A stretch of 64,000 nucleotides of DNA from Gemmatimonadaceae bacterium (GCA_051859245.1 JBHYGA010000005.1:416001-480000), one strand, 5' to 3'. Numbered from the stretch's first letter, positions 29,088-43,942 are shown. Program-made: numbers and translations. Notes: generated by a model from the letters alone, not told the origin.

Positions 29088-30518
29088 TTAGTCGGCCGCC
29101 TCCCCATCTCGTTCGGCCAGCGGAGCCGCCAGGCGATGCCGGCGAAGCTTCACGTAGAGGCTCTGGCGGCTCACGCCGAGCACTTCGGCGGCCGAGGTCC
29201 GGTTGTCATTCGTGAGCTCCAGAGCGGCTTCTATAAAGTGCCGTTCCACGAGGTCGATGGTATCCCGGACGAGATCGCGCAGCGTAACGCGACCCACCAG
29301 CGAGGTGAGGTCTTCCACCGCGCGGGTCAGGTCACGGGCCCCCTGCGGTCCGTTGGCCAGACGTCGACCGATGTCGCGCATGGTAAAGCCAATGCACGGC
29401 TCCTCGGCGTCGGGCACCCACACCGCCGACACCTCGACCTCGGTGTTCGCCCCGTGAGACCCACGAGCCGCCGTGGCCACCAGTCGAACTGCCCCATGTT
29501 TTTTGAGCATGGTGAGGAAGACTGGGAAGTCCGCCCCGGGGCGTCCGATGAAGGTGGAGATCAGCTCACCGCGCGCCTGCTCCAGCGAGGCCAGTTCGGC
29601 CACGTCGAGGAAGGACCGGTTGGCCTCCAGAATGTGGCCGTCCAGATCGGTGACCACAAACGCGTCGGGCGAACGCTCGATCAGTCCGCGAATGCGTGAC
29701 TGGGCGCCAGTCTCCAACAGCGTCGCTTCGGGGTTGTCCGCCGCGGAGAAGCGCACGAGCAACAACGTGGCCGATTCCTGACGGAAGCACGAGGCGGACA
29801 CATGCCACGGACGGTCCGAGTCGATCAACGAAATGGTGACGTCGCCGGCGCGGCCTGAGCCACGGGCGGACGTGACCAGGTCTTCGAGCGCCCGCGCAGC
29901 TTTCACATCCACACCGAACGGAAACGTGCGTCCGACCAGTCGGTCGCTCACATCGCCAAACACCTGTCCGGCGGCCGTGTTCGCGTCCAGCACCTTCATG
30001 GTACCGGAATCGATGACCAGAATGCCGTCGCTGGCCAGCTGGAAGAGCAGGCGATACCGCGTTTCCACATGGCGCAGGCGCCAGTAGTCGCGCTCCATGG
30101 CCTGCTGCGCTTCAACGAGCCGCTGCTGCAATGATGACAGGTGTCGCATGTCGCGACCCACCGCCACCACGCTGCCATCACGGCCCACACGCATCGCGGT
30201 GTACGCGATCGGCAGGTCGGCGCCCGTGGAAGTGGTATGGTTGACCTGCCGGCGCTTGGAGACGCCTTTGGTGGCGACCTCGCGCAGCAGCGTCTCGATC
30301 TTTAGCCGGGTATCCGAGGTGGCCGTGTCGGGCCACGGACGTCCCACCCACGAGCGGTGCAGATCGACCGCCACATCGGACGGACCGACGGAGACGTCGC
30401 GCACGACGCCATTGGGGTCGACGAGTACGGCAATATCGCCCGCCGCAGCGAGCAGGCTCGCCGCCGCATTGGCGTCGAGCATCGAATAGGCAGGATCACT
30501 GGCGTCGAACAGTTTCAC
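29088..30518 (-). CDS. ppsR: Photosynthesis repressor PpsR/CrtJ
   Basis: PAS domains, QQAMERDY..LR..ETRYR Q-linker, HTH NRTSAAEVLGVSRQSLYVKLRR. Confidence 0.95.
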   Translation of the reverse strand: MKLFDASDPAYSMLDANAAASLLAAAGDIAVLVDPNGVVRDVSVGPSDVAVDLHRSWVGRPWPDTATSDTRLKIETLLREVATKGVSKRRQVNHTTSTGADLPIAYTAMRVGRDGSVVAVGRDMRHLSSLQQRLVEAQQAMERDYWRLRHVETRYRLLFQLASDGILVIDSGTMKVLDANTAAGQVFGDVSDRLVGRTFPFGVDVKAARALEDLVTSARGSGRAGDVTISLIDSDRPWHVSASCFRQESATLLLVRFSAADNPEATLLETGAQSRIRGLIERSPDAFVVTDLDGHILEANRSFLDVAELASLEQARGELISTFIGRPGADFPVFLTMLKKHGAVRLVATAARGSHGANTEVEVSAVWVPDAEEPCIGFTMRDIGRRLANGPQGARDLTRAVEDLTSLVGRVTLRDLVRDTIDLVERHFIEAALELTNDNRTSAAEVLGVSRQSLYVKLRRHRLAAPLAERDGEAAD

Positions 30519-31458
30519 GCGCGGGGCCGTCGTCTACAAAGGAGGCGCTACTGGGGATACTACTGTCTAATGAAGACGACACTAAAGCGCCAGCGTCTAG
30601 CATTTTGCGGATTACGACAGGGGCTTCTTTGGCGTTCGGGGCCCACGCGTCTGCACCAACGCGAGTTACCAGTTCATGTTCGAGCGAGAACACCTGACCA
30701 CCCACGAGAATCCGAACGTCAGGATTCCGCGAGGCCTTCCGGATGCGCGCGATCTCGCGCTTGAGCGTGGACAGCTTGCTGTCGCACCCTGCCGAGAATC
30801 CGATCACATCGAACCACTCGGTGCGCACCTGATCGAGCAGGTCTTCTTCGGACCACGGCGAGCCCACCAGGACCCGGAAGCCGTCGCGCATGAGGAATTC
30901 GGCGACCAGAATCAGGCCCAGCGTGTGCTGTTCACCGGGCAGACAGGTGAGCAGGACGTGCCCCTCGCTGTCGGGCATCGTGACCGCCTCAGACTGAAAG
31001 AGCTGACTCAGATCGCGCAGGACGCGCTGCAGTCGGCCCAGGGCCACGGTCACATCCACGAAGCTGCATTCGTCGTCTTCCCAGCGAATGCCCAGTTCAC
31101 GGGCGGTCGGGGCCAGCAGGTCGAGATAGATCCCCTCCACGCCGACGCCTTGATCGAGCAGCCGTCGCACAAACGCCGGCGCGGCACCGTCGTCCGTTCC
31201 CACAACGCTGTCAATGAATGCCGTGAGCTCGTCGTCTGTCACTTGGCGAGCAGTCGCGGGCGATGCGCTCGGCGGGACCGAGCCAATACGGTGGGCCATC
31301 AACAACCTCGGCACGAGTTCAGTCTCGATGGTGCGCTGCAGGGCGCGATCGAGCACGTGGGCTGAGTGGAGCTCCGTCGCCTGCGCGGGCGACGGCTGGG
31401 CGGGGTCACGGCGCGGTCCGACTTCCGGCGTCTGCGGGACGCTTGAATGACCGATCAT
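30496..31458 (-). CDS. ppaA: Cobalamin-binding antirepressor PpaA/AerR
   Basis: LLAPTARELG.RWEDDECSFVDVT; PGEQHTLG B12 motif; upstream of ppsR. Confidence 0.9.
   Translation of the reverse strand: MIGHSSVPQTPEVGPRRDPAQPSPAQATELHSAHVLDRALQRTIETELVPRLLMAHRIGSVPPSASPATARQVTDDELTAFIDSVVGTDDGAAPAFVRRLLDQGVGVEGIYLDLLAPTARELGIRWEDDECSFVDVTVALGRLQRVLRDLSQLFQSEAVTMPDSEGHVLLTCLPGEQHTLGLILVAEFLMRDGFRVLVGSPWSEEDLLDQVRTEWFDVIGFSAGCDSKLSTLKREIARIRKASRNPDVRILVGGQVFSLEHELVTRVGADAWAPNAKEAPVVIRKMLDAGALVSSSLDSSIPSSASFVDDGPARETVRRQ
30564..30581. promoter_or_regulatory. Single PpsR-type palindrome inside ppaA, upstream of ppsR
   Basis: TGTCTAATGAAGACGACA = TGT-N12-ACA. Confidence 0.6.
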
Positions 31459-31538
31459 CGGACAGTGCCTCCGGCTGAAAAGAGCTCAACGCGCTACATC
31501 TGATATGATTGCGTGATCAGTATGCGAACGTCGGCGGG

Positions 31539-31578
31539 AGTTGTCAAGCAAACTTGACGTAAACTTTGCTTGACAACT
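31539..31578. promoter_or_regulatory. Two overlapping PpsR-like operators in the ppaA/bchF divergent promoter
   Basis: TGTCAAGCAAACTTGACG 31542-31559 and CGTAAACTTTGCTTGACA 31558-31575; 14-bp perfect inverted arms. Confidence 0.75.
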
Positions 31579-31638
31579 TGGGTCCCCGCTTCTTATCATC
31601 TGGCTGCCTGGGTAGCGAACCCCCGGAAGAGGCGGCAG

Positions 31639-33494
<1,856 letters not shown>

Positions 33495-33509
33495 CGGGGC
33501 ACTACGGTT

Positions 33510-35183
33510 ATGCAGCTGACGCTTTGGACCTACGAAGGACCGCCGCACATGGGCGCGATGCGCATCGCCACGTCCATGGAAGGTGTGCACTATGTATTGC
33601 ACGCACCGCAGGGTGATACGTACGCCGATCTGTTGTTCACCATGATCGAACGACGCGATCGCCGCCCTCCCGTTACGTACACCACGTTTCAGGCGCGCGA
33701 TCTTGGTGGTGACACGGCCGAGTTGGTGAAAGTGACCGTGCGCGATGCGTACGAGCGCTTCAAGCCGCGCGCCATGCTCGTGGGTGAATCCTGCACGGCC
33801 GAGATCATTCAGGATCAGCCGGGCTCGCTCGCGCAGAGTATGGGGTTGCCGATTCCGGTGGTGAATCTCGAATTGCCGGCGTACTCCAAAAAAGAAAACT
33901 GGGGCGCGAGCGAAACGTTCTATCAGCTCGTGCGCACGTTGCTGCTGCCGCAAATGCCGGCACCAGGCACCGCGCGCGCGCCGCGTGATGCCTCGCGTCG
34001 TCCGCGTGCAAACTTGCTCGGCCCCACGCTGCTCGGGTTTCGCAATCGCGACGACGTAAAAGAAGTCACGCGGCTGCTTGGTGACATTGGTGTTGATGTG
34101 CACGTGGTGGCGCCGCTTACGGCCACACCGGAATCGCTCATGCGCATTCCCGAAGCGGACTTCAACATCTGTTTGTATCCGGAGATCGCCGACACCACGT
34201 GCAGCTGGCTTAAGCGCAGCTTCGGTATGCCGATCGTGAAAACCGTGCCGATCGGTATTGGCGCTACGCGTGACTTCATTTTGGAAGTTGGGCAGGTTGC
34301 GGGCATTGATGTCCAGCCGATGCTGGAGCGCGAACGACTTGGCGCCAGCACCATGGACTCGTCGCAGTCGCTGCTGCCGTGGTATTCGCGCTCGGTAGAC
34401 TCCACGTATCTCACCGGCAAGCGCGTCTTTGTGTTTGGCGATGCTACGCACGTGAAAGCCGCCGCGCGCATTGCCGCCGAAGAACTTGGCTTCACGATTG
34501 TGGGTGTCGGCACGTACAGCCGTGAGTATGCACGTGACGTGCGAGAAGTCGCGGCCAAGTATGGTGTTGAAGCCGTGATCAGTGATGACTATCTGGACGT
34601 CGAAAAGGCCGTGGGCGAAGCAGCACCGGAGCTGGTGCTCGGCACGCAGATGGAGCGCCACATTGCCAAGCGACTCGGTGTACCGTGTGCCGTGATTTCG
34701 TCACCGATTCACGTACAGGATGTGCCGGCGCGTTATTCGCCGCAGATGGGCTTTGAAGGCGCCAACGTGATCTTTGATACGTGGGTGCACCCGCTCATGA
34801 TGGGACTCGAAGAACATCTCTTGCAGATGTTCCGCGAAGACTTTGAGTTTGCGGATGGTGCGGTGCCCAGCCACCTGCACAGTGTGCATGGGGCGGGAGC
34901 GGCGGTGCCGGTGGAGCCTGAAGACGCCGCCGCTGTCGTGCCGAATTCGTCAGCGACGGCAACGGCCACACTCGTGGCCGAGCCGGCGGTTGAGACGGCG
35001 ACTGATACGGCGATCGCGGTGGAAGCCCAGTGGTTGCCCGACGCCGAAAAGGAGCTCAAGAAGATTCCGTTCTTCGTGCGCGGCAAAGCCAAGCGCAACA
35101 CGGAGCGGTACGCACTCGAGCACGGCATCGTGGATATCACGGTTGACACGCTGTATGAGGCCAAAGCCCACTATGGCCGCTAA
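33510..35183 (+). CDS. bchB: DPOR subunit B
   Basis: [38 protein letters not shown]. Confidence 0.97.
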   Translation: MQLTLWTYEGPPHMGAMRIATSMEGVHYVLHAPQGDTYADLLFTMIERRDRRPPVTYTTFQARDLGGDTAELVKVTVRDAYERFKPRAMLVGESCTAEIIQDQPGSLAQSMGLPIPVVNLELPAYSKKENWGASETFYQLVRTLLLPQMPAPGTARAPRDASRRPRANLLGPTLLGFRNRDDVKEVTRLLGDIGVDVHVVAPLTATPESLMRIPEADFNICLYPEIADTTCSWLKRSFGMPIVKTVPIGIGATRDFILEVGQVAGIDVQPMLERERLGASTMDSSQSLLPWYSRSVDSTYLTGKRVFVFGDATHVKAAARIAAEELGFTIVGVGTYSREYARDVREVAAKYGVEAVISDDYLDVEKAVGEAAPELVLGTQMERHIAKRLGVPCAVISSPIHVQDVPARYSPQMGFEGANVIFDTWVHPLMMGLEEHLLQMFREDFEFADGAVPSHLHSVHGAGAAVPVEPEDAAAVVPNSSATATATLVAEPAVETATDTAIAVEAQWLPDAEKELKKIPFFVRGKAKRNTERYALEHGIVDITVDTLYEAKAHYGR

Positions 35184-38100
35184 GAAGGCAACGCCAACGG
35201 TGCATACCACACCGCTCAAGTTCGTGATCGTCACGCTCGATGCGCATCTGGCCGATGCGTTCGAGCGGGCGCGCACGTCGTTGCTGCGTGATATGCCTGC
35301 GCTGTCGTTGTCAATGCACGTCGCGGCGGATTGGGGCACCGATCCCAAGTCGGCCGAACGCGCGCGTGCGGACATTGCGAATGCCAACTTTATTGCTTGC
35401 ACGCAGCTCTTTCAGGAAGAGTACGCCAAGGAAGTGCTGGCGGCGGTGCAGGCACGTCGTGACGCAGCGGACGCGGTGCTGTGCGCGCTCTGCACGCCGG
35501 AGCTGGTGAAGTGCACGCGACTTGGCCGCTTTGATATGAGCGGCGATGCACCGCAGTCCAAGTTTTCGCCGCTGTCGTTGCTCAAAAAGCTTCGTGGCTC
35601 GCGCGACGACGGAAAGTCGAGCGGTGAGCGGCAAATGAAAGCACTGCGCACGCTGCCTGCCATTCTCAAGTTTGTACCGGGCAAGGCGCAGGATGTGCGG
35701 GCGTACTTGTTGCTGCTGCAGTACTGGCTCGCGGGCTCCGACAACAACATCGAACAGATGATTCGGTATCTGATCGATCGGTTTGCCGCAGGTCCGCGTG
35801 AAGTGCTGCGCGGTGCGCTCGCCCCGAAAGATCCGGAGCAGTATCCGGAAACGGGCGTGTGGCATCCGTCGCTGGCTGGGCGTGGCTTGACGGAAGATCT
35901 CAAGGCATTGCCTTCGAGCGCGCGTAACGGCACGGTTGGTGTGCTGGTTGGTCGCTCCTATTTGTTGGCCGATAACACCGCACATTACGCGGCTGTGCTT
36001 GCGGCACTCGAGGCGCGTGGGCTGCGCGTGATTCCCGCGTTCTCGAGTGCGCTTGATGCACGGCCGGCCATCGAACGGTATTTCCGCGATCGCAGCGGAA
36101 AAACCACGATTGATGCAATGATCAATCTCACGGGCTTTTCGCTCGTGGGTGGTCCCGCCTACAACGACTCGGCGGCCGCGCAGCTGGTGTTGTCTGGACT
36201 TGATGTGCCGTATCTCTCGCTGCAAACGCTTGAGTTCCAGACCATTGAAGAGTGGCGTGCCGACGCGCGTGGATTGAATCCGCTGCAGGCCACGTTGCAG
36301 GTGGCGATTCCCGAGCTCGACGGCGCAATTGTCCCCACGGTATTTGGTGGCAAGGGTAGTGCAGCGGCCGGTTCGGCTGCAGCTGCGTCTGAGCCAATCG
36401 CCGAACGTGTTGAGCGTGTGGCCGAACGTGTGGCGCGCCTGATCGCGCTGCGCAAAAAGGCACGCGCGGAACGCAAGGTGGCAATCATTCTGTTCAACTT
36501 CCCGCCGAACGCGGGCAACACCGGCAGCGCCGCGTATCTCGCGGTCTTCCCGTCGTTGCAGCGCACGCTCGCGGCGCTGAAAGAACAGGGCTACACGGTG
36601 GAGTTGCCGTCGAGCCCCGATGATTTGCGTGAGCGTATTACGCAAGGCAATCGTGAACAGTATGGCGCGCCGGCCAATGTGCACACGCGCATTCCCACCG
36701 ATGATCACGTGCGCCGCGAGAAGTGGTTGCCGGAGATTGAAAAAACGTGGGGCCCGGCGCCTGGCAAGCAGCTGACCGACGGACAGTCGCTGTTCGTGAT
36801 GGGCCTGCAACTCGGCAATGTGTTCATTGGTGTGCAGCCGTCGTTCGGATGGGAAGGTGATCCTATGCGACTGCTGTTTGAAGGCGGCTTTTCGCCCACG
36901 CATGCGTTCAGCGCATTCTATCGCTGGCTGGCCGAAGATTTCCGCGCCGATTCGGTGCTGCACTTTGGCACACACGGCGCGCTGGAGTTCATGCCGGGCA
37001 AGCAGGCCGGGCTCGACAGCACGTGCTGGCCGGAGCGGTTGATTGGTGATTTGCCCAACGTGTACCTGTACGCGTCAAACAACTCGTCAGAAGGCACGCT
37101 CGCCAAACGCCGCGGCAATGCCACGCTCGTCTCGTACCTCACGCCGCCGATCACCAACGCTGGTCTCTACAAAGGACTGCTCGAGCTCAAAGCCACGCTC
37201 GATCGCTGGCGTCAGCTTGATCGTGCGCAGGCCGAAGAAGCCGCCACGTTGCGCGCGTTGGTGCAACAGCAGGCCGCGAGCGTAGAGCTCGCGCCCGCTG
37301 AGCCGGCGTGGAGCATGGACGAAATGGATACGCGTGTGGCCGAGCTGCGTGAACGTTTGCTGGAGCTTGAGTACACGCTCATTCCGCTCGGGCTTCACGT
37401 GGTGGGTGAAGGCATGCCACCGGAAGCACGCGTTGATGTGCAGCTGGAAATCGCGCGCGGCGGACGGCCAGAGCGTGAACTCGCGTCGCTTGAAGAATCG
37501 ATTGCCGGCGCCGATGCGACACCGGAGCAGCGCCGTACGGCAATGACGGTAGCGCGCGCCGGCGTAGAATTGCTGGTGCAGGGGGCGAGCGCTGGCGAGA
37601 GCATGCGCGCCATGCGTGTGGCGGCCAACGCTGCCGGCGTACGCGTGAACGACGAACGCGCTGTTGAACAGCATTTTGAGCTGATGCGCGAGCTTGAGCC
37701 CAAGTTGCGTGAAGATCACGAAGTGCCGGGCGTGCTGCGTGCACTCGACGCGCGCTACGTAGCGCCGGCGCCTGGTGGTGATTTGCTGCGCATGCCGGCG
37801 GTGTTGCCTACGGGGCGCAACCTGTACGGCTTTGATCCGTATCGTGTGCCGAGCGCGATGGCCATGCTAGAGGGTCGCGCGCGTGCGGAGTCGCTGCTCA
37901 AGCGTCATGTGGACGACACGGGCGCGCTGCCGGAAACGGTGGCCGTAGTGCTCTGGGGAACGGATAATCTCAAGAGTGAAGGCACACCGCTCGCGCAGGT
38001 CATGGCGCTGATGGGTGTGGCGCCGCGCTTTGATTCGGTGGGGCGTTTGTGCGGTGCGCGCCTCATTCCGCTCGAGCAGCTTGGCCGTCCGCGCATTGAT

Positions 38101-39009
38101 GTGGTGATTACGCTCTCCGGCATTTTTCGCGATCTGTTGCCGCTGCAAGTGCGCTTGCTCGCCGAAGCCTCGCAGCTCTGCGCCGAAGCCAACGAAGATC
38201 CGTCACGCAACTTCATTCGCAAGCACACGCTGGCCACCATGGAAGCCACGGGCGCCACGCTGGAAGAAGCGGCGCTGCGTGTGTTCTCCAACGCCGATGG
38301 CGCGTACGGTTCCAATGTGAACCTGCTGATCGAAACGGGCCGCTGGGAAAACGAAGACGAGCTGGCCGATCAGTTTGTGCAGCGCAAGTCGTTTGCGTAC
38401 GGCGTGAACGGCCGCCCCGTGGCTCAGCCGGCGCTCATGAAGCGCATTCTGGCCACAGCGGAAGTGTCGTTTCAGGGTCTCGATTCTGTGGACCTTGGCG
38501 CAACCGACATCGATCAGTACGTGGAATCGCTCGGTGGTGTCACGCGCGTGATTGCGCAGCAGCGTGGTGGTGACACGCCGGCCGTGTATCTCGGGGACTA
38601 CTCCGGTGCGCAGGGCAAAGTGCGCACACTCAGCGAACAGGTTGAGCTGGAAAGCCGTACCAAGCTGCTCAATCCCAAGTGGTATGAAGGACAGTTGGCG
38701 TACGGCTACGAAGGCGCGCGCAATCTCACCGGTCACGTGTGTACCACGCTTGGCTGGTCAGCAACGGGCGGCGCGAAGGCCGTGCCACAGTGGGTGTACG
38801 GTGAGGTGTCCAACACGTTCATGTTGGACAAGGCAATGCGTGATCGCATTGCGGCAATGAATCCTGATGCCGCGCTGGGAATGGCCCAGCGACTGCTCGA
38901 AGCGAATGATCGAGGCTATTGGTCACCCGACGATGCAACGCTTGATGCGTTGCGCGACGCCGCGGCCGAACTCGAAGATCGACTCGAAGGTGTGTATGCG
39001 GTTTCCTGA
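35173..39009 (+). CDS. bchH: Magnesium chelatase subunit H
   Basis: [51 protein letters not shown]; start set at ATG 35173. Confidence 0.97.
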   Translation: MAAKKATPTVHTTPLKFVIVTLDAHLADAFERARTSLLRDMPALSLSMHVAADWGTDPKSAERARADIANANFIACTQLFQEEYAKEVLAAVQARRDAADAVLCALCTPELVKCTRLGRFDMSGDAPQSKFSPLSLLKKLRGSRDDGKSSGERQMKALRTLPAILKFVPGKAQDVRAYLLLLQYWLAGSDNNIEQMIRYLIDRFAAGPREVLRGALAPKDPEQYPETGVWHPSLAGRGLTEDLKALPSSARNGTVGVLVGRSYLLADNTAHYAAVLAALEARGLRVIPAFSSALDARPAIERYFRDRSGKTTIDAMINLTGFSLVGGPAYNDSAAAQLVLSGLDVPYLSLQTLEFQTIEEWRADARGLNPLQATLQVAIPELDGAIVPTVFGGKGSAAAGSAAAASEPIAERVERVAERVARLIALRKKARAERKVAIILFNFPPNAGNTGSAAYLAVFPSLQRTLAALKEQGYTVELPSSPDDLRERITQGNREQYGAPANVHTRIPTDDHVRREKWLPEIEKTWGPAPGKQLTDGQSLFVMGLQLGNVFIGVQPSFGWEGDPMRLLFEGGFSPTHAFSAFYRWLAEDFRADSVLHFGTHGALEFMPGKQAGLDSTCWPERLIGDLPNVYLYASNNSSEGTLAKRRGNATLVSYLTPPITNAGLYKGLLELKATLDRWRQLDRAQAEEAATLRALVQQQAASVELAPAEPAWSMDEMDTRVAELRERLLELEYTLIPLGLHVVGEGMPPEARVDVQLEIARGGRPERELASLEESIAGADATPEQRRTAMTVARAGVELLVQGASAGESMRAMRVAANAAGVRVNDERAVEQHFELMRELEPKLREDHEVPGVLRALDARYVAPAPGGDLLRMPAVLPTGRNLYGFDPYRVPSAMAMLEGRARAESLLKRHVDDTGALPETVAVVLWGTDNLKSEGTPLAQVMALMGVAPRFDSVGRLCGARLIPLEQLGRPRIDVVITLSGIFRDLLPLQVRLLAEASQLCAEANEDPSRNFIRKHTLATMEATGATLEEAALRVFSNADGAYGSNVNLLIETGRWENEDELADQFVQRKSFAYGVNGRPVAQPALMKRILATAEVSFQGLDSVDLGATDIDQYVESLGGVTRVIAQQRGGDTPAVYLGDYSGAQGKVRTLSEQVELESRTKLLNPKWYEGQLAYGYEGARNLTGHVCTTLGWSATGGAKAVPQWVYGEVSNTFMLDKAMRDRIAAMNPDAALGMAQRLLEANDRGYWSPDDATLDALRDAAAELEDRLEGVYAVS

Positions 39010-39032
39010 GCCTTCGCGCAAGCGAAGCATGA

Positions 39033-39946
<914 letters not shown>

Positions 39947-39947
<1 letters not shown>

Positions 39948-40819
39948 TGTCCAAGACTTTGCCGCACGTGGCCGCCACTCCCGTTGGGAGTGATGCGTCG
40001 CGTGCGATTCCACCGAATCCTGGTTCGTCGTTCGAGGGAACGCTGACAGGGGGTTCGCACGCCGCATCGGACAAGTACCTCGAGCGGCGGGCCTGGATCG
40101 GTGAATACTTTGACCGCACGGCGGCCGAGGGCTGGAAAAAGCTCACGAGCGACGAAAAGGTCTCGCGTGTGCGCGCCACGGTGCGTGCGGGTCGCGATAC
40201 CATGCGGCATACGTTGTTGTCCTTTCTGCCCACGGATCTGAACGGCTGGCACATTCTCGATGCCGGCTGTGGCACGGGCATGCTCGCGGTTGATCTGGCG
40301 CAGCGCGGCGCGCGCGTGACGGCGGTGGATCTGTCGCCCACGTTGGTAGGCTACGGCGCGGATCGCGCGAAAGCCGCCGGCGTGGCGGATCGTATCAGCT
40401 TTCACGCCGGTGATATGCTCGATCCGGCCTTTGGCGGCCACGTGGATGCGGTCGTGGCCATGGACTCGGTCATTCACTACGATCTGCCGCATATGATCGA
40501 GGCGCTCACCGCGCTTGCGGTGCGCTGCCGAGGCCCCATCGTGTACACGGTGGCGCCGTGGACGCCGGTGCTGGGTACGCTGCTGGCGATCGGGCGGCTG
40601 TTCCCCTCGCGTGATCGATCGCCGAAAATTGTGCCCACCACCGAAGGCAGTCTGCGTCGCGCCATTTCAGCGGCGCCCGCGCTCGCGGGGTGGCGCAGTG
40701 GCCGGACGCAGCGCGTTGAGCGAGGTTTCTATCGTTCTCAGGCGTACGAACTGATTCCCTCAGCCACGATGCCTGCGGCCGGTAGTGCAACATCGATTTC
40801 ATCAGGAGTGCAGGGATGA
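39947..40819 (+). CDS. bchM: Mg-protoporphyrin IX methyltransferase
   Basis: YFDRTA, RATVRAGRD, LDAGCGTG, AMDSVIHY, FYRSQA. Confidence 0.95.
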
Positions 40820-41142
40820 TGGGTTTTCTGGTAGCCGCCGGCGTGTTGGCGATCGGTCTGGTGTGGTACGTGGTCACGCGCCGCAGCGAAGTGCGCTGCA
40901 CGGTAGACCTCGAGGCCACGCACGATCACTTTCACGCGCACGTAGACCTTGATGGTGTGAATGTGGATCCAGGCGACGCGGTTCTGGTGCATAACACACC
41001 CAGTCGTATTCCGTTTGGCACCACAGAAAAGTTTGAGAGCACGGCCACGGTGTATCGCGCGAGCTGGCTCAAGCGCCAAATGGTACGAATGTTCGGCAGC
41101 ACCGAAATTTCGGCGCTGTATGAAGTTGGATTTGAAGGCTGA
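40816..41142 (+). CDS. bciE: BciE-like accessory subunit of the aerobic cyclase, with N-terminal TM helix
   Basis: CTV...HAHV...PGD.VLVH...FG...TATV.RAS pattern as recalled for BciE; immediately upstream of acsF. Confidence 0.72.
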   Translation: MMGFLVAAGVLAIGLVWYVVTRRSEVRCTVDLEATHDHFHAHVDLDGVNVDPGDAVLVHNTPSRIPFGTTEKFESTATVYRASWLKRQMVRMFGSTEISALYEVGFEG

Positions 41143-41157
41143 GGCCCGGAGTCATAC

Positions 41158-42243
41158 ATGTATCCCACCACGACAGAAGCTCCACTGCGCGCCCGTGAGG
41201 CGCCAAATGAAAGCACCAAGCTCGCGCAGCAGGACGCGATGCTTACGCCGCGCTTTTACACCACGGACTTCGAGCAGCTCAACGCACTGAAGGTCACGGC
41301 CGAGAATCGCCCCATGTGGGACGCGATCCTCAAGGAATTCCGCGACGATCCGAACCGCAATCACTTCAAGCGGAACGCCGATTTTGACGCAGACTTCAGC
41401 GGCATGGATCCGGAGCTGCGCGAGCAGTTTATGGATTTCCTGGTGAGCTCCGTGACCGCCGAGTTCTCGGGGTGCATTCTGTACGCCGAAATCAAGAAGC
41501 GCGTAAAAAATCCTGATGTGCGCGAACTGTTCGGCTTCATGAGCCGCGACGAAGGGCGCCACGCGGGCTTCATCAATCACACGCTGAATGACTTCAACGT
41601 GGCCGTGGATCTGTCATTTCTGACCAAGGCCAAGAAGTACACGTTCTTCCAGCCGAAATTCATTTACTACGCCACGTATCTGTCAGAAAAAATCGGATAC
41701 GCGCGCTACATCACGATTTATCGCAACTTCGAGAAGAAGCCGGAAAAGCGTTTCCATCCGATCTTCAAGTGGTTCGAGAATTGGTGCCTCGACGAGTTCC
41801 GCCATGGCGAGGCGTTTGCGGTGCTCATGCGTTCCAATCCGGATCTGCTCGAAGGGCGCAACAAACTCTGGATTCGTTTTTTCCTGCTCGCCGTGTTCTG
41901 CACGATGTATGTGCGTGACCACGCGCGTCGCCCGTTCTTTGAGGCGATGGGCATGGATCCCGACGTGTTCGACAAGGAAGTCATCACGCTGACAAACCTG
42001 ATCAGCCGTCAGTGCTTCCCGGAAACCATCGATACGGATAACCCCAAGTTCTGGGCGTTGCTCGAGGAGATGTGGCAGAACACCGACAAAATGAATCAGA
42101 TCGAAAAGGCGGGCGGGGCGTTGGCGTCGGCGCGCATCACGGCGCTCAAGGCGGCCAATGGCCTGGTGTTCGCGCGGCTCTTTGCACTCACTCCGCATCG
42201 GCAAGCGCTGCCCGCTGATGTGCGTGTGCAACCGGTGTGGTGA
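41158..42243 (+). CDS. acsF: Aerobic Mg-protoporphyrin IX monomethyl ester cyclase
   Basis: LTPRFYTTDF, AEFSG, RDEGRH, YLSEKIGYARYITI, DEFRH di-iron motifs. Confidence 0.97.
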   Translation: MYPTTTEAPLRAREAPNESTKLAQQDAMLTPRFYTTDFEQLNALKVTAENRPMWDAILKEFRDDPNRNHFKRNADFDADFSGMDPELREQFMDFLVSSVTAEFSGCILYAEIKKRVKNPDVRELFGFMSRDEGRHAGFINHTLNDFNVAVDLSFLTKAKKYTFFQPKFIYYATYLSEKIGYARYITIYRNFEKKPEKRFHPIFKWFENWCLDEFRHGEAFAVLMRSNPDLLEGRNKLWIRFFLLAVFCTMYVRDHARRPFFEAMGMDPDVFDKEVITLTNLISRQCFPETIDTDNPKFWALLEEMWQNTDKMNQIEKAGGALASARITALKAANGLVFARLFALTPHRQALPADVRVQPVW

Positions 42244-42252
42244 GGCGCACGC

Positions 42253-43704
42253 ATGAGTGAGGGGACGAGCTCAGTTGCCGTGAAAACATGGCAACGCGTG
42301 TCAACGAAGTGGCTCCCGTTCGCCGATGTGGCGAACGAGGATCTGCCGTTCTCCAAGTTGCTGCGGTTGTCCATGTTCCAGTTGTCCGTGGGCATGGTGC
42401 AAACGCTGTTTGTTGGCACGCTCAACCGCGTGATGATTGTGGAGTTGGCGGTACCGGCATCCATCGTGGCGATCATGCTTGCGATTCCGTTGCTGGTGGC
42501 GCCGTTTCGTGCGCTGGTGGGCTTTCGTTCCGACACGCACCGCAGCGTACTCGGACTCAAGCGCGTGCCGTATCTGTGGTTGGGCTCGTGGTTGCAGTTC
42601 AGCGGCCTGGCCATGATGCCGTTTGCCTTGCTGGTGTTGTCTGAAGCCGGCGTGCGCACACCGGTGTGGGTTGGCTGGCTCGGCGCCGGCGTGGCATTCC
42701 TGCTGGCCGGCGCGGGTGCACACACCACGCAAACAGCCGGACTCGCGCTGGCGACTGATGTGGTGCGCGAAGACAAACGTCCGCGCGTGATTGCCATGAT
42801 GTATCTGATGATGCTGCTCGGCACACTCATTGCCGCCATCGTGCTCGAGTGGCTGCTGCGTGACTTCGCAGAGATCAAGCTGATCCAGGTGATTCAGGGC
42901 ACGGCCGTGTTCACCGTGTTGTGCAACCTGATCTCCCTCTGGAAGCAAGAAGCGCGTGTGCGTGGCGTGGTGCCCTACAAAAAGGGTGAACGTCGTCCGC
43001 GATTTAAAGAAGCGTGGCAAACGTTCACCGCCGGTGGCAGTGCGGTGCGTTTGCTCGTCGCGTCGGGGCTCGGCTTCTTCGCGTTCAACTTGCAAGACGT
43101 ATTGCTCGAGCCGTACGGCGGTGAGATTCTCGGCTTGTCGGTGTCCGCAACCACCGGGCTCACCGGCATCATGGCGGTTGGCGCAGTGTTCGCATTCATG
43201 CTGGCGGCGTGGGCGCTCAAGAACTCGGCCGATCCGATCCGACTCGCTGCCGTTGGCGCGCTCGCCGGTGTTTCAGGATTTGCGGCGATCATTTTTGCGT
43301 CGCCGCTTGAATCCGCCGGCATGTTCCGACTCGGCACCATGGCCATCGGGTTTGGCGAAGGGCTCTTTGGTGTGGGCACGCTGTCCACCGCGATGACGTT
43401 GCGCGATCCGTCGCAGCACGGCATTGCGCTGGGTGCGTGGGGCGCAGTGTTTGCGACGGCCGAAGGCACGTCATTCGCGCTGAGCGGCATCATGAAGGAT
43501 TGGCTGTCGCATCTGGTCGAAGCGGGTTCGCTCGGGCCGGCCATGAGTATTCCGTCGGTGCCGTATTCCGTTGTGTATCATCTGGAAATTCTCGTCCTCT
43601 TCGCCACGCTTGTTGCACTCGGTCCGCTGGTGCGGCGCCGCGGTGTGCAAGCGCGTGAAGAGTTGGTCGCCCGGCCATTCGGCCTCGCCGACATCCCCGC
43701 GTGA
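42253..43704 (+). CDS. lhaA: LH1 assembly protein LhaA (PucC family)
   Basis: [36 protein letters not shown]; precedes puhA. Confidence 0.92.
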   Translation: MSEGTSSVAVKTWQRVSTKWLPFADVANEDLPFSKLLRLSMFQLSVGMVQTLFVGTLNRVMIVELAVPASIVAIMLAIPLLVAPFRALVGFRSDTHRSVLGLKRVPYLWLGSWLQFSGLAMMPFALLVLSEAGVRTPVWVGWLGAGVAFLLAGAGAHTTQTAGLALATDVVREDKRPRVIAMMYLMMLLGTLIAAIVLEWLLRDFAEIKLIQVIQGTAVFTVLCNLISLWKQEARVRGVVPYKKGERRPRFKEAWQTFTAGGSAVRLLVASGLGFFAFNLQDVLLEPYGGEILGLSVSATTGLTGIMAVGAVFAFMLAAWALKNSADPIRLAAVGALAGVSGFAAIIFASPLESAGMFRLGTMAIGFGEGLFGVGTLSTAMTLRDPSQHGIALGAWGAVFATAEGTSFALSGIMKDWLSHLVEAGSLGPAMSIPSVPYSVVYHLEILVLFATLVALGPLVRRRGVQAREELVARPFGLADIPA

Positions 43705-43741
43705 TGAACGCGGAATCACCACTCCATTCCCGGAGCTGACC

Positions 43742-43942
43742 ATGCAAATCGATGGTGCCTCGATCGCACTCTACGCGTTCTGGTTTTTCTTCGCAGGGTT
43801 GATCATCTACCTGCGTCGTGAAGACAAGCGCGAAGGTTATCCACTCGACTCACCGCAGGGTCCGCGCGAAGGCTGGCCGCCGGTGCCGAGCAAGAAAGAA
43901 TATCTGCACGCCCCCCATCATCATTCTGAGGAGACGCACTGA
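43742..43942 (+). CDS. puhA: Reaction centre H subunit, transmembrane part (H1)
   Basis: [33 protein letters not shown]. Confidence 0.9.
   Translation: MQIDGASIALYAFWFFFAGLIIYLRREDKREGYPLDSPQGPREGWPPVPSKKEYLHAPHHHSEETH

Noticed and set aside
34843..35172. Long N-terminal extensions in the ORF track for bchH (also mnmA, pucC, puhA-H1, puhC, 15291 ORF)
   Set aside because: They overlap neighbouring genes; downstream starts match family N-termini
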